Shown here one piece after another: positions 35,200 to 57,253 of a stretch of DNA of 64,000 bases (position 1 is its first letter; every line of letters begins with the position of its first letter). This stretch comes from the human T2T-CHM13v2.0 reference genome, Homo sapiens. A model generated the notes under the pieces. That model did no database searches and was not told the origin of the DNA. It was given only the letters and a program-made list of their open reading frames with translations. A program made the translations under genes and the position numbers. Where the stretch lies: assembly GCF_009914755.1 (NCBI RefSeq), contig NC_060941.1; one strand, written 5' to 3'.

Positions 35200-35520
35200 C
35201 CCAGGAGACTTTGAGACCAGTGAAACAATTCTGTATGATCCCAACCTGGTGGATGCATGTCATTCATTATGCATTCGTCAGAACCAACAGTGTCCAACAC
35301 AAACAATAAACCCTAAGGTAAGCTGTGAACTTCAGATAGTAACAATGTACCCATACCAGCCCCTCAGTTGTAACAAATGTAGCGCACCAATGCAAGATGG
35401 TAATGACAGCAGGAATACCTGGAGGGCAAGGGAGGGGTACCTGTGAACTCTGTACTTTCTGCTCAGTTTTTCTGAAAACCTAAAACTGTTCTATGAAACA
35501 AAGTCTATCAATTAAAAATT
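35200..35520 (+). mobile_element. L1MC1/2-type 3' end
   Basis: cagtgaaacaattctgtatga...gttgtaacaaatgta...gaactctgtactttctgctcagttttt...aacctaaaactg. Confidence 0.8.
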
Positions 35521-35968
35521 TAAAGTCTTCAGACGTTTGCCTATGTCCCTAAAGGGCAAAGCTGTTCCACTTGGCAGATGCGGACGGGAGAACACGCCTA
35601 CGCAGGCCAAGTCTCCAGCAGGGCAATGCTCTCGTTACTTCCACGAGTCAATCAGTGCAGTTGTATCAGGCCACGTTCCTGGACAGAGACTGGAAAAGGT
35701 GAGCTTTCTGAGTGCGCGTGGGTTGTGGACACTCCTCTGGGGGATAATCTTTTTAGGGGAGAAAGCATGGAGCCCAGTCTCAGGAAACCCTAGGCAGAGG
35801 CTGGAGACAGAGGCCTAATCCTCCGGTCCCAGCTTAAAAGACAGCACCTTGGTTGCTATATTCACTCTGGTGAGAATGCCCTCCTTGGATTTCCCTTTTT
35901 CAAAAATTATCTCCATCGCTCAGTAGCGTGACATAAGAAATGGAAAGAAGCCTTGGCCTTCAAAAAAG

Positions 35969-36928
35969 GCCAGAGGAAGCATCTCAACGCCTGGAAGCCA
36001 GAGGAAGCATCTCAACCTCCGGAAGCCAGAGGAAGCATCTCAACTCCCTGGAAGCCAGAGGAAGCATCTCAATGCCCTGGAAGCCAGAGGAAGCATCTCA
36101 ACCCCTGGAAGCCAGAGGAAGCATCTCAACTCCCTGGAAGCCAGAGGAAGCATCTCAACTCCCTGGAAGCCAGAGGAAGCATCTCAACCCCCGGAAGCCA
36201 GAGGAAGCATCTCAACTCCCTGGAAGCCAGAGGAAGCAACTCAACTCCCTGGAAGCCAGAGGAAGCAACTCAACTCCCTGGAAGCCAGAGGAAGCATCTC
36301 AACCCCCGGAAGCCAGAGGAAGCATCTCAACTCCCTGGAAGCCAGAGGAAGCATCTCAACTCCCTGGAAGCCAGAGGAAGCATCTCAACTCCCTGGAAGC
36401 CAGAGGAAGCATCTCAACTCCCTGGAAGCCAGAGGAAGCATCTCAACTCCCTGGAAGCCAGAGGAAGCATCTCAACTCCCTGGAAGCCAGAGGAAGCATC
36501 TCAAACGCCCTGGAAGCCAGAGGAAGCATCTCAAACGCCCTGGAAGCCAGAGGAAGCATCTCAAACGCCCTGGAAGCCAGAGGAAGCATCTCAAACGCCC
36601 TGGAAGCCAGAGGAAGCATCTCAAACGCCCTGGAAGCCAGAGGAAGCATCTCAAACGCCCTGGAAGCCAGAGGAAGCATCTCAAACGCCCTGGAAGCCAG
36701 AGGAAGCATCTCAAACGCCCTGGAAGCCAGAGGAAGCATCTCAAACGCCCTGGAAGCCAGAGGAAGCATCTCAAACGCCCTGGAAGCCAGAGGAAGCATC
36801 TCAAACGCCCTGGAAGCCAGAGGAAGCATCTCAAACGCCCTGGAAGCCAGAGGAAGCATCTCAAACGCCCTGGAAGCCAGAGGAAGCATCTCAGCACCCT
36901 GGAAGCCAGAGGAAGCATCTCAACGCCC
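35969..36928. repeat. 28-30-bp minisatellite, ~33 units, biphasic
   Basis: cctggaagccagaggaagcatctcaa plus a variable 2-4 nt; 13 identical 30-mers at 36481-36870. Confidence 0.97.
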
Positions 36929-37178
36929 AGAACCTGGGGGTCCTGCCGGGGGCAGCCTCTGCAGCTCTGCCACTGGTGTCCGCAGGGACGGGCGGAGACA
37001 TGACGGAGGCGCCCCAAGAAGACGGTCCCCAGTTTTGCTAAACTGGCTGCTAAAATACCCCCTTCCATCTGAATACATAATTGAGATGTGACTGCCTCAA
37101 CTTTAAATCCACTTGGCTTCAGGCATTTGCATGGCTGAAACGTGGGCACACCCAGGTCCCCGCTGGCCGCCTTCATGA

Positions 37179-37643
<465 letters not shown>

Positions 37644-37766
37644 TGATCAAACATAAACCACCATGGGGACTGCTGCCATGACACAGCTGGGTATGGGGAG
37701 AAACAGAATTCAGCAACCTTCTAAAGCTGCTACAATAATACTTTCTGGTTTAAAAAGACCTAATGT

Positions 37767-38097
<331 letters not shown>

Positions 38098-38173
38098 TCA
38101 TTAATTCTTCTCAACAATGTAATATCTTCCAAGGTGAATCTTTTAGTAAAATGGGCTTTACAAACTGTTGATG

Positions 38174-38760
<587 letters not shown>

Positions 38761-39852
38761 ACAAGAATAAAAAACAAGGAAGTAGAACTATTCCCGTACC
38801 TCTCCATGTTGCCTCGCACACCGTATAAACTTACCAGACGTTAACTATCGTCTTCATGTTTCAACTTCGCTTTAAAGTAAAATATAAACATTTATTAAAC
38901 TATCCAGTTCTCCCACTTCTCATCTTAGTCACCCCGGCCCAGGGAAGTTTTTGTGGAATTGACAGATGACATCTGTTTTTACAGAGAGTTGTTTCTGGTA
39001 ATAGAACCTTCTCCTCGACTTCAAAGCTTCCCTAAATTCTCTACAATAGACACTTGAAGCTCTGCAGATCTCGAAGATGCTAAAATGGACCACGCGGTCC
39101 TGACCACCCGCCCCCGGCCCCTCAACAAACTCACGCTATTTCTCAGTTCCTGCATATCACACACAATATTCTTCTTTTTTTCCCAAGCCAGTCCCCTCCT
39201 AGGCCTGTTGCAGTGACGCCTCTCCTAGGAAAGTCCCCGCGGCAGATACACGGACTCCGTAATGGAAACTCCGGCGTGCCTAACAACAGCGTCACTGTCA
39301 CACATGCGTGAGCTTTGACAGCCAGGGACTGGTAACCCACGGCCACCGCGCCCAAGAAAATTATTTCCCATGGGAGAAAGAAAACTACGTTCAGCTCCTG
39401 GCAGGTCCCAGGCAAGTCCGAGCCAGGCTTGCAGGGAGGCGAATGCTCTGTGCTGGGAAAGGGAGGCAGAGGTTAAGGGCTGTTCCCACCCTCCAGTGAC
39501 CCAGATGGGAAAGGCAGCTGCGTGGACATCAAAATGACAGCAGAGACGTGTGGCTTTTCCCCAGCGTCACTGAAACGAAGCCAGCATGGGCTGCCCCACA
39601 CTGTTTACAGGACAATCAATTAGCAAGATGGATCTCATGATTAAGAGAAACTCAATTTCTTCTTGAAAGCACGTTCTAGGGTGGGGTGCATCCTTACCAC
39701 ATCAGTCAGATGTCAAAAGGCAGCACGTAAATTGAATAAGGGAAGGAAAATGCCGGGCGGCCTCATTCACGTCCGGCATGTTCCGCTATTATTGAAAGGA
39801 AATTGAGAAATTAGACAGTACTGCCTATTAGCTTCACAATGCCCCGTCCTAG

Positions 39853-40254
<402 letters not shown>

Positions 40255-40387
40255 TGATATTGTGCACTTCAAAGTTCTCCATGGATTGAGCTGGTCAAGC
40301 AATGCTTAATTTTCAAGTAACTACCCACCTACTGCTGTGCCTTTCTTCCCCACAGCCATTCATCTTTGTTCCTGTCTCCATGGGGCT

Positions 40388-40547
40388 CAGGGTTTCTCAA
40401 CCTCAGCACTTGGCGGCTGGATGGTTTCTCCCTGGTCGAGGCTGGTCTGTGCATTCCAGGATGTCCAGCAGCACTCCTGGTCTTTACCATCCCCCCAAGA
40501 CTGGACAAACAACCCTGGGGGAAAAACTGCCCCAGTTGAGAACCACT
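40388..40547 (-). mobile_element. MER20
   Basis: Both termini present: cagggtttctcaacctc...cagttgagaaccact. Confidence 0.8.
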
Positions 40548-40554
40548 TTCCTAG

Positions 40555-40998
<444 letters not shown>

Positions 40999-41242
40999 TA
41001 ATTCAACAAATATTGACGTGCTGGGTACAAAAAATAAGACCCTGAGAGAGACACCTGGATGCCCGCTCTCCTGAGCTCATATTCTCGTGAGGGAGGACGA
41101 TCAATAAACAACAATAAACAAGAAAATGGCAGGTATTACTGAGAGCTGCAAAGAAGATACAGCTTGCTTCTCTTTCCCGCAAGGAGATTTAGCTCCTTGA
41201 GGGCAAAGACTGATTCACTCATGATTATATCGTCAGGAATTA

Positions 41243-41945
<703 letters not shown>

Positions 41946-42476
41946 AACTTTCTGAAGATATAGCCAAAAAGCTTATGAAGAGAGACAGCATTTTATAGAT
42001 GGAGAAATGGAGGCCTGGAAATGGTGAGCTGCCCAAGGCCACAATGCCAGGAACCCAGAGCTGACCATCTGGCTTCAGAGCCCACTCTCTTCCCCACCAG
42101 ATTCCCAGCTCTAGCAGGAACAGAGAGGCACAAGGAAGGTACAAACATCAGGAGGAAATCTCTTTCCTCCCAGGAGGCTGTTGGCAAACCATGGCATCAG
42201 GATCCTCCCAGGGTGGGAAGGGAGGGTGGTGAGTTTATTTACAAGCAAAATGAATCTGCCCGTTCAAGGAGAAGAAACATGAATGATACTAGTTTTTCAA
42301 ATTCTTACCACTGGGACTGGCCCTAAACTTTAGCACTTTATTAGAAAGCCAAAAACCACTCAAAAGCTAACGTCTACAGAGAAGACGGCCAAAAAAAAAG
42401 TACCTTTTTTTCTCTTCATGGGAAGTTTTCTAATATTTAAAAGCTCAGGATTATTCTGCAGAGACGTTAAAAATGA

Positions 42477-42911
<435 letters not shown>

Positions 42912-43319
42912 TGAGCCTCAACGTCACCCTCTGCAACATGCAGGGATCTGTGGGGGAAGACGATCTCTACATGAAATGGAATAACAGTATCTGGCACAAA
43001 GGCAGACACTTAATCAACGCTAGCTCCTTTCCTCTCCGCAGTTTATTCCGGGGAAGAACTCTGGCCTGGGAAACAGCAGACCTGGTCCAACTCCCGGCTC
43101 TGCCAGATCCCAAGTGACTCAAATGCTTCAGCTGCCCTGACCTCTGCTTCCTCGTTACTAAAATGAAAAGCACGGGATCTACCTCCAACAACAGTCATGG
43201 GATTCAAGGACACCAGGACACCTCCCCCGTGAAAACCAGGGCAATGAATTCAAACAAAGCACATTAACTAAATCTAAATCTAAATCGATGGCATTTTGTC
43301 CCATAAACACTCAGCCTGA

Positions 43320-43652
<333 letters not shown>

Positions 43653-44096
43653 TCAGCTTGCTGTTTAAACATGGTCTCATGCAGAGCCATCTGCCTGTGA
43701 GCTGGACAGCCACACGGTCCAGGGTTCCAGCCCTCCAGGCTCATCTCCCAAAAATACCCTCGGGTGTTTGTCCCAGCTAGTGAGTCAGGACTGAACCTGA
43801 TACCAGGGAACAGTGTTGCTGCTGTCAGGGCATCTCTCGCCAGTTTCATTATTCACTGCTCCCACTCGCACGACGGACCCACGTCCGCCGTCCGTTCCAG
43901 ACATAAGCCAACGCTCGCTCTGGCGTTCTCAGAAACCGTTCCGGTAACAGAAAAAGCTTTTTAACTTCCCGTGAGATCCACGAGGATCCGTGAGGTTGAT
44001 ACTTCAAGTCGAAGGCACGAGAATGTCCTTCTGAACCTGAAAATCACGGTGAAGGTCCTCGGGACATCTACATCGAGGCAGAAACAGATTTACTAG

Positions 44097-44722
<626 letters not shown>

Positions 44723-44768
44723 TCCCCTCCCATCATTTCATCGACCACCCTGGTACCCACAATATTGA

Positions 44769-45335
<567 letters not shown>

Positions 45336-46113
45336 TCTGCTACAAGTTCTATACATATGGGCTCACTTAGTACCCACGACAACCCTTTGAGGTATTATTA
45401 TCCCCATTTTCCAGATAGAACACTGAGGTTCAGAGAGGCTAAGGAGCTGCCGGAAGTCATACAACGTATTATGACCGCAGCCAAAGGGCCTGACGCCTGC
45501 CTTCATTCAGGGTAGACCAAATCCCCACTGGGGCGGCCCCCTCCGAAGCCAACCTCACCCCCCACGGGCAGATTCCTAACAAAATTCACGCTCCCTTGTT
45601 TGTGGTAAAAGTCACTAGTCTGTGGACAAGGAGGAGTTAAGGCTGCATTTGTAGACGCAGAACCTAGTTTTCTGAGTTTTGTGGGCTGAAGTCAGACTTG
45701 TAGCATTAACTTTAACGTAAATTTTTTTGGAGGTGATTCATGTAGAATTCCTGCCAAGAATTTTCATAATTAGACTGAATAAGGCCAAACTCTGTCCGTA
45801 CATGCCTCACCGCGTCGACTGCCCTAAGAGTTCTTCTGCAGCCCCAGCAAAGCCTGGGGAAGGGCTGGCCGAGCGGACTTCCAAAACTCCCAGGTTGTAA
45901 GCGGGCCTTGCTGCGGAAAGCGGGACCTGCGGGCTGCCCGGACGTCGGACGCCGTCCGGCTTCCATCCGACGGACTGGCCCCAGTTTTATGGTGCCCCGT
46001 GGCCACGAAGGACAAAAGGAAAGGACGCACACGTCGGAAAAAGCTTATAAAACAAGAGCCTTTCCCAGGGGCCTCCTTTCCGAGGGCTGTAAAGTCTCTC
46101 TCTGATGTGGTGA

Positions 46114-46494
<381 letters not shown>

Positions 46495-46781
46495 CTTGGC
46501 AGTATTTTTTACAGGTAAGGGAAGAATACACATCTTTACTCCTCACCCTTAGAGAAGCAGAGTCTGTATGACATGAAGGGTTTGGCAAAGCCCCCTGCAA
46601 GGTCTGTTTCCCGTCTTCTGCTCCTCTTCACACACAAGCGTGTGTGCCACATTCACACTCCTACACCCACAACTACGGATCTAACACACAGTCCCCAAAC
46701 ATACACTCTGCCAATGAATCAAGACTTACCTGGAAGGCTATGTCATTAAAATCACTGGAATTATATTAAAATTCTAAAATA

Positions 46782-47085
46782 GGCCAGGTGTGGTGGCTCA
46801 TACCTGTAATCCCAGTATTTTAGAATGCCAAAGCAGGCAGACTGCTTGAGCCCAAGAGTTCGAGACCAGCTGGGCGACACAGCAAGACCCTGTCTGTAAA
46901 TGTAAATATATATATATATATATAGATGCCGGGCATGGTAATGCACACACATAGTTTCAGCTATTCAGGAGGTGGGAAAATCCCTGGAGCCCAGGAGCTA
47001 AGAGGCTGCAGTGAGCTAAGAATGCACCACCACACTCCAGTCCAGGTGACAGAACGAGATCCTGTCGGTTAAAAATAAAAAAAGT
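46782..47085 (+). mobile_element. AluJ with (TA)n in the linker
   Basis: Forward Alu. Confidence 0.85.
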
Positions 47086-47266
47086 GAAATAAAGAATGTA
47101 TAAGTTTCTTAAAGCAGTCTTCAAAACAGAAAGGGAAGTTTAAAGCGACCTGCTGCCCCAAAATGGAGGGGTGCTCTTACAGGCTAGAACGTAGTAAAAT
47201 ATGAGACATGTTACCGATACAAGACAGAAATCATGCTATTGCAAACCACAGAAAATAGTTCTAGGC

Positions 47267-47895
<629 letters not shown>

Positions 47896-48185
47896 CTCTG
47901 GGAAGTGGCACCATATAGTTAAGAAGTGTCCAGGGTTCTACTTACTTCTAAACTGTGTATTTTTGAATGACTGGCCTGGAATTAATAAATAAATAAATAC
48001 CATGTTTTTTAAAGTTTTTTTTTAAAGAAAAATGTCTGTAGTTCCCACCTGCCCATTTCCTACTTAAACAGCTCTGGTCAAGTCACTTAACCTTCTTGAG
48101 CTTGAGGGTCATAAAACTCAAATGAAGGTGAAAAAATGCCAACACAACTTCCTCACAAGGCTGTCTCGAGGCTCATGTATTATAA

Positions 48186-48584
<399 letters not shown>

Positions 48585-48967
48585 TAGATCATCCTCAAAC
48601 AGCAGCAGCATCTTTTCTTTGGTCTATAAACATTTTGCACACACCTGTCCTTCCTTCCCAGAGGCACAAAAACAGCGAGAAACACACATCAACAGTCCCC
48701 TAGTACAGTTACCATGTCAGAAGCTGTAAACCCACTTTACAAGAAAAATCTCAGCCCAATTTCCAAGTAATCTTTTTTTGGGGGGGCGGGGGAGGGTTAT
48801 CTCCAAGAGAATTAATTAGACTCGTAAACAAAGATGGAGAAAAACATCCCTCCTTGCCCGACCCAACCTATCTTGTTCCCTTTCCTGCAGCCTCTGGCTC
48901 TTCAGAAGGGTTAGCGAATTACCTGTGAATTTAGGTGATTGCTTCTTGCAATATTTTAGGATTGTGA

Positions 48968-49288
<321 letters not shown>

Positions 49289-49903
49289 TGAAATACAGTA
49301 ATGTTTGGTGGGCCCGGCCTGGAATATGGTAATGTTTAGCAGGTGATTTACCCACAGATTGGTCCTTTTTTCAGATGTCGGATCTGTAGGATTCTCAAGT
49401 TGACACAGGCATGTCTTCAGACACTGCAACTTTCATAAATGGCCACAAAATATAATGGATGGCAGAAAACAAGGGAGGTGGGTTCTGTCCTCTCGAAACC
49501 AGTTGCATCTATCTTTGTTGGCTTCATGCTTGAACTGCCAAAGTGGACATTCGGTGGCCCAGGCTCGCTGCCAACTCATGTAATGGGCTCAGCAGCGCTC
49601 CGTCCCTGAACCTGGGAGGTCTCAGTTCAACCTCCCAGAGTACCCCCAAGTCTCCCTCTCTAGAGACACCTGTAGTCTGTTCAAAGGCATTCCTGCTTTA
49701 GGACCTAAAGGTTCCAAGAAAAAAAGGGTCCCAACATTCTGAAACAGAACATAATCATAATAAGTTTTCCTTTCTTAACTGAGTGTTCCCCAGAGACGGC
49801 TCACAGTAGGGGTGAGCTATAAAGGAAGAACAATTTCCTCAATTCTGACCCCTGATTTTTCTCCTCTGGTCTCTAATTGGGTTACTTCAAAAACCCATGT
49901 TCT

Positions 49904-50774
<871 letters not shown>

Positions 50775-51074
50775 CACTCCCTGCCAGCAGTCTGTCCTAG
50801 TCAAACGAGAGGAACACATCTCAAAATCTTCTTTTAAGTGACAGAATAATGAAGATTAAACAAGAAACATCTTGGGTTTTGTTTTTCACTTTTAATCTCA
50901 TAAAACATTGCAAAATCTGAAATTACAAACACTTATAAAGCTAAACATTACACAACCAGTGCTCGGCATGAAACAGAGAGATTTTATATTTATTCTTCTG
51001 TGGTACCAAATAGAGGAATAGCGTTCCCTTAGAATAAAGTCCAGTGTAACATTTGGACAGACCTGCACTGTTGA

Positions 51075-51480
<406 letters not shown>

Positions 51481-51772
51481 GGAAATGAGTCTTAAGCAAC
51501 TGCTGGTAGTGATGCCTCTGAAGTGGACTAACGGAAAACAGCGCGTGACAGAGGACAACGTCTTAAAAAACGCTGGTGAGTGATATCGCCTTTAATATCT
51601 ATATCTATCCACTATGGATCTTATGAAAGAATCATGAAATACTTCTAACATAAAGGCAGTTTATTTGCCAAGAGAACAATCTTAAATCTCCTAAAAGCTC
51701 CATCCAGTTCTAGGTTGAAGCAACATCCTACACCTCCTAAATCAAACAACCTATGACTCAAATTCTAATCTT

Positions 51773-52068
51773 GGCCAGGCCTGGCAGCTCACGCCTGTAA
51801 TCCCAGCAGTTGGGGAGGCCGAGGCAGGCGGATCACCTGAGACCAGGAGACGGAGACCAGCCTGGCCAACAGGGCGAGACCCTGTCTCTACTAAAAATAC
51901 AAAAATGAGCCAGGCGTGGTGGCGGGCACTTGTAATCCCAGCTACTCAGAAGGCTGAGGGAGGAGAATCACTTGAACCCGGGAGGCGGAGGTTGTGGTGA
52001 GCCGAGATCGCGCCGCTGCACTCCAGCCTGGGTGACAGAGTGAGACTCCATTAAAAAAAAAAAAAAAA
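51773..52068 (+). mobile_element. AluS
   Basis: TSD ttctaatctt. Confidence 0.9.
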
Positions 52069-52979
52069 GTTCTAATCTTTGTAAGTGGCATAGACAGACA
52101 AAGTGTTTTCCAAATGCTGTAGGATATATATTTTTTAAAGCTCTCAATGCATAATATTGTCTGGAGGGTTTTTATTTGTTTTTTAGAAGAATTTATCATC
52201 CGTTCCAAGTTAGAGTTCACTTGCTACAAATGCTCAGAACTGATGATGTTTTTTTAAAAAAGCAACATACTTTCTACGTACAGCATTATTGCTCCAATGA
52301 ATTAATGCCAACAAATGTGCTCGGTATTGCTTCCAGATTCTTCAAGTAACTGTACTCCTTGGAATGGTCAACCCAGTCCCATCTGTCCTTGATTACTTAA
52401 TTTGCAGTCACCGGGGAGTTCAAAATGACTTTTCCACAGTGAAGATGGAAGCACACCTGGGCAGCAGAACGAGTGATGTGGGCTCAGCTCACAGACCTTC
52501 TCACACAGGGATGTAACAGGCGGCAGAAAGAAGGAATTCCCTCCCCGCGAGAAGGCTTGGGAAGGACAGTCTCCATGTTCCGGGAGACTCTGGACTTTAA
52601 GGAAGATTCCTTCCTGCTCTAGCTTATCTTTTTTAGCTTTTTTTTAAAGTATTTTTTTTGCTGATTAACTCCACTCTGCCAATAGTGTGTCCTCTCAAAG
52701 GACTCCAAGTTCCCACAGTGCACATGTATCCAATTTTATTGCTTTGCACTTGATATACGGCTTTGTAACTGCTCAAGGCATATTTTTGTGAACATTATGT
52801 TTCTGTCTCCCATACTCTACTCTAAGCTTCTTAACAATAAAAATCATGCCCTGCCCCTGCTTGGGATTTTTAACTATGACTGCATTAAATCTATAAATTA
52901 ATTTTAAAGAAATGACATCTTTACAATATTTTGTATTTCTAGCCAGGAACAGTCTGTTTCTCCATTAATACAAGTCTTC

Positions 52980-53413
52980 TTTTTTTTTTTTTTTTTTTTT
53001 TTTTTGAGACGGAGTCTCGCTCTGTCGCCCAGGCTGGAGTGCAGTGGCGCGATCTCGGCTTGCTGCAAGCTCCGCCTCCCAGGTTCATGCCATTCTCCTG
53101 CCTCAGCTTCCTGAGTAGCTGGGACTACAGACGCCCGGCTAATTTTTTTTGTATTTTTTGTAGAGATGGTGTTTTACCGTGTTAGCCAGGATGGTCTCGA
53201 TCTCCTGACCTTGTGATCCACCCGTCTCAGCCTCCCAAAGTATTGGGATTACAGCCGCCCACCACCACACCCGGCTAATTTTTGTATTTTTAGTAGAGAT
53301 GAGGTTTCTTTCACCCTGTTAGCCAGGATGGTCTTGATCTCCTGACCTCGTGATCTGCCCGCCTCAGCCTCCCAAAGTGCTGGGATTACAGGTGTGAGCC
53401 ACAGGGCCCGGCC
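52980..53413 (-). mobile_element. Trimeric AluY-type element (two left arms)
   Basis: Linker plus left arm occurs twice (~53135-53255 and ~53270-53413). Confidence 0.88.
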
Positions 53414-53542
53414 AATTTTTTTTTTTTTTAATGTCTAACCAAAGTTTCATAGTTTTCTCCAACTATAAAAACAAAATATGCACATAAAACATTTCACGTG
53501 AGTCTTTCTCCCTCCCCAGATCCCAGTCTGGCCCTCAGGTAA

Positions 53543-53979
<437 letters not shown>

Positions 53980-53999
53980 TTTGTAAGATCTGTTGAGAA

Positions 54000-54290
54000 A
54001 TTCCCAGAAATTGGACTGACAGGTCAAACGGTCCACACATTTTTAACTGTGTTAAAACACTGCCAAAGACACCACATCAGATTACGCTCCCCCAACCACG
54101 CGGGAGAGACCCCGTCTACATCCTTGCCAACACTGTATGTTATCAAATGTTCCTTTTGCCAGTTTAATAATCACATATTTCAAAAGTTGTACTTCTTTAA
54201 TTGCAAGCAGAACCAGGCATCTTTTCATGTTTATGTGTCTTTCTCTGTTCAAATTCTTTACCCAAATTGATTTTAAAAGCTCTTTATGCA
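54000..54290 (-). mobile_element. L1M antisense fragment
   Basis: acatccttgccaacact...ttttgccagtttaata...tctttaatt...catcttttcatgttta. Confidence 0.6.
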
Positions 54291-54305
54291 TTAAGAAAAA
54301 AAACA

Positions 54306-54688
<383 letters not shown>

Positions 54689-55219
54689 TCACCCTAGGGT
54701 TTATCATTTGATCTGGTTTCTGGTATTTTGGACCATATAGAAGTTTTATATTACAGTCATCTCTTTTATAGTCACCAATAAAATCTAGATTAATTCTCTG
54801 AACATAAATAGAGGCTAACTTCTTATTAGGAGAAGTAAAATTGAACAGAAAATTCATGAGTCACCAAAAATCCTTCCCGATTTTGTAAAATCTGGAAAAG
54901 CCAACAGTTGATCACCAAACCACTGCCAGCTCCCAAATGACAACTCATCCACAGAGCACCCCCACAGCCCAGGATGGCCCATTTTCTCCTGGAGTCTGAA
55001 AAGTCCATTCGCTTGTCAGTTTTCCAGAGTCTGGGAACCCTTTTTGCCTCTAGCGCTGGCTTAGCTGTTTCAACACAGAAGTGATCACAGATGAAGATGT
55101 CGGCCCCTGCCCACAGCAGAGACTCCTCAACACGACAGACAGAGAGCAACAGGCTGAGAAAGGAGAGTCGGTCAGTTTCCCAGAGACATCGTGGCACAAC
55201 AGAGACCAAAGGAAAAGAG

Positions 55220-55338
55220 GATAAGGAGGCAGGTTCTCCACCTACCCCCACGTCCCCAGGCAATGCAGAGACCGGGAACCGATAAAGAGGCAGGTTCTCC
55301 ACCTACCCCCACGTCCCCAGGCAATGCAGAGACCGGGA
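55220..55338. repeat. Two-copy 61-bp duplication
   Basis: gataa.gaggcaggttctccacctacccccacgtccccaggcaatgcagagaccggga at 55220 and 55281. Confidence 0.92.
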
Positions 55339-55463
55339 CCCTTCTCAGATGACTTTTCTCTCCTGGCACCTGCTCTTTCTTATCCTTGTAGTAAAAGAGC
55401 AGACAAAAATGAAGCAGAAAAAAAATGTGTAAACAATTGCCCTTTCCATCTACACTGGCATAA

Positions 55464-56063
<600 letters not shown>

Positions 56064-56456
56064 TAGCGCAAGCAAGGTTCCTAGAGGAGACAGGAATATA
56101 CACAATTCAACAAACATGTATGAAATGCTACCTTGTGCTGAGCATCGAACCAGGCGGAGACAAAGATGAGGAGCAGAGACTCGCTTCTGACCTTCAAAGA
56201 GTCCACAGTCCATTGAGTGAGGTCATTAACTCAGCAAGCGAGTTAACAGGGAGCGTACCGTGATGTGGGAAGCAAGACTGTTGGGTGTAGAGGAGGCGGA
56301 GCTGGATGTGGGGAACCAGGGCTTCCCCTGGAGGAGCTGATGAGTGCGTGGAACCAACAGCACAGGCAAATAAAGCAAGCAAGTGAGATGAGTTTTCCTA
56401 AAATATTAAAGGGGGTGAAATCGCAGACACTTGTACTGGAAAAATTTCAGAGTTGA

Positions 56457-56742
<286 letters not shown>

Positions 56743-56800
56743 AGTTGAGGATTTTATAGTTGAGAATAAGTGGGATTATGATTAGCATGACCTCTAGGAA

Positions 56801-57093
56801 TTCTTTCTCTCTTTCTTTCTGAGATAGAGTCTCACTCTGTCGCCCAGGCTGGAGTCATCTCGGCTCACTGCAACCTCCACCTCCTGGGCTCAGACAATCC
56901 TCCTGCCTCCGCCTCCCAAGTAGCTGGGACTACGGGAGTGTGCCATCACACCCAGCTAATTTTTGTATTTTTTTGTAAAGACTGGGTTTTGCCATGTTGC
57001 CCAGACTGGTCTCAAACTCTTGGGCTCAGGCAATCAACCTGCCTCAGCCTCCCAAAGTGCTGGGATTACAGATATAAGACACCACACCTGGAC
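56801..57093 (-). mobile_element. AluJ
   Basis: TSD tctaggaa. Confidence 0.86.
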
Positions 57094-57253
57094 TCTAGGA
57101 AATTATTTCTAAGAAAGGAGTAAAAGTGAGAATGAATGAGTACATAGTGTAACGCTTCCGAGCTTTGGTGCAGGAGGAAAGTAAATAACAAGGATACCCC
57201 AGGGCTGGAAACTTGGCAATAAACCAAGAAGGCAGAGACCAGTTAGTGCAACA

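Noticed and set aside
33912-36928. CRISPR-like appearance of 29-37-bp periodic repeats
   Set aside because: Units are head-to-tail with no unique spacers, there are no cas genes, and the DNA is primate.
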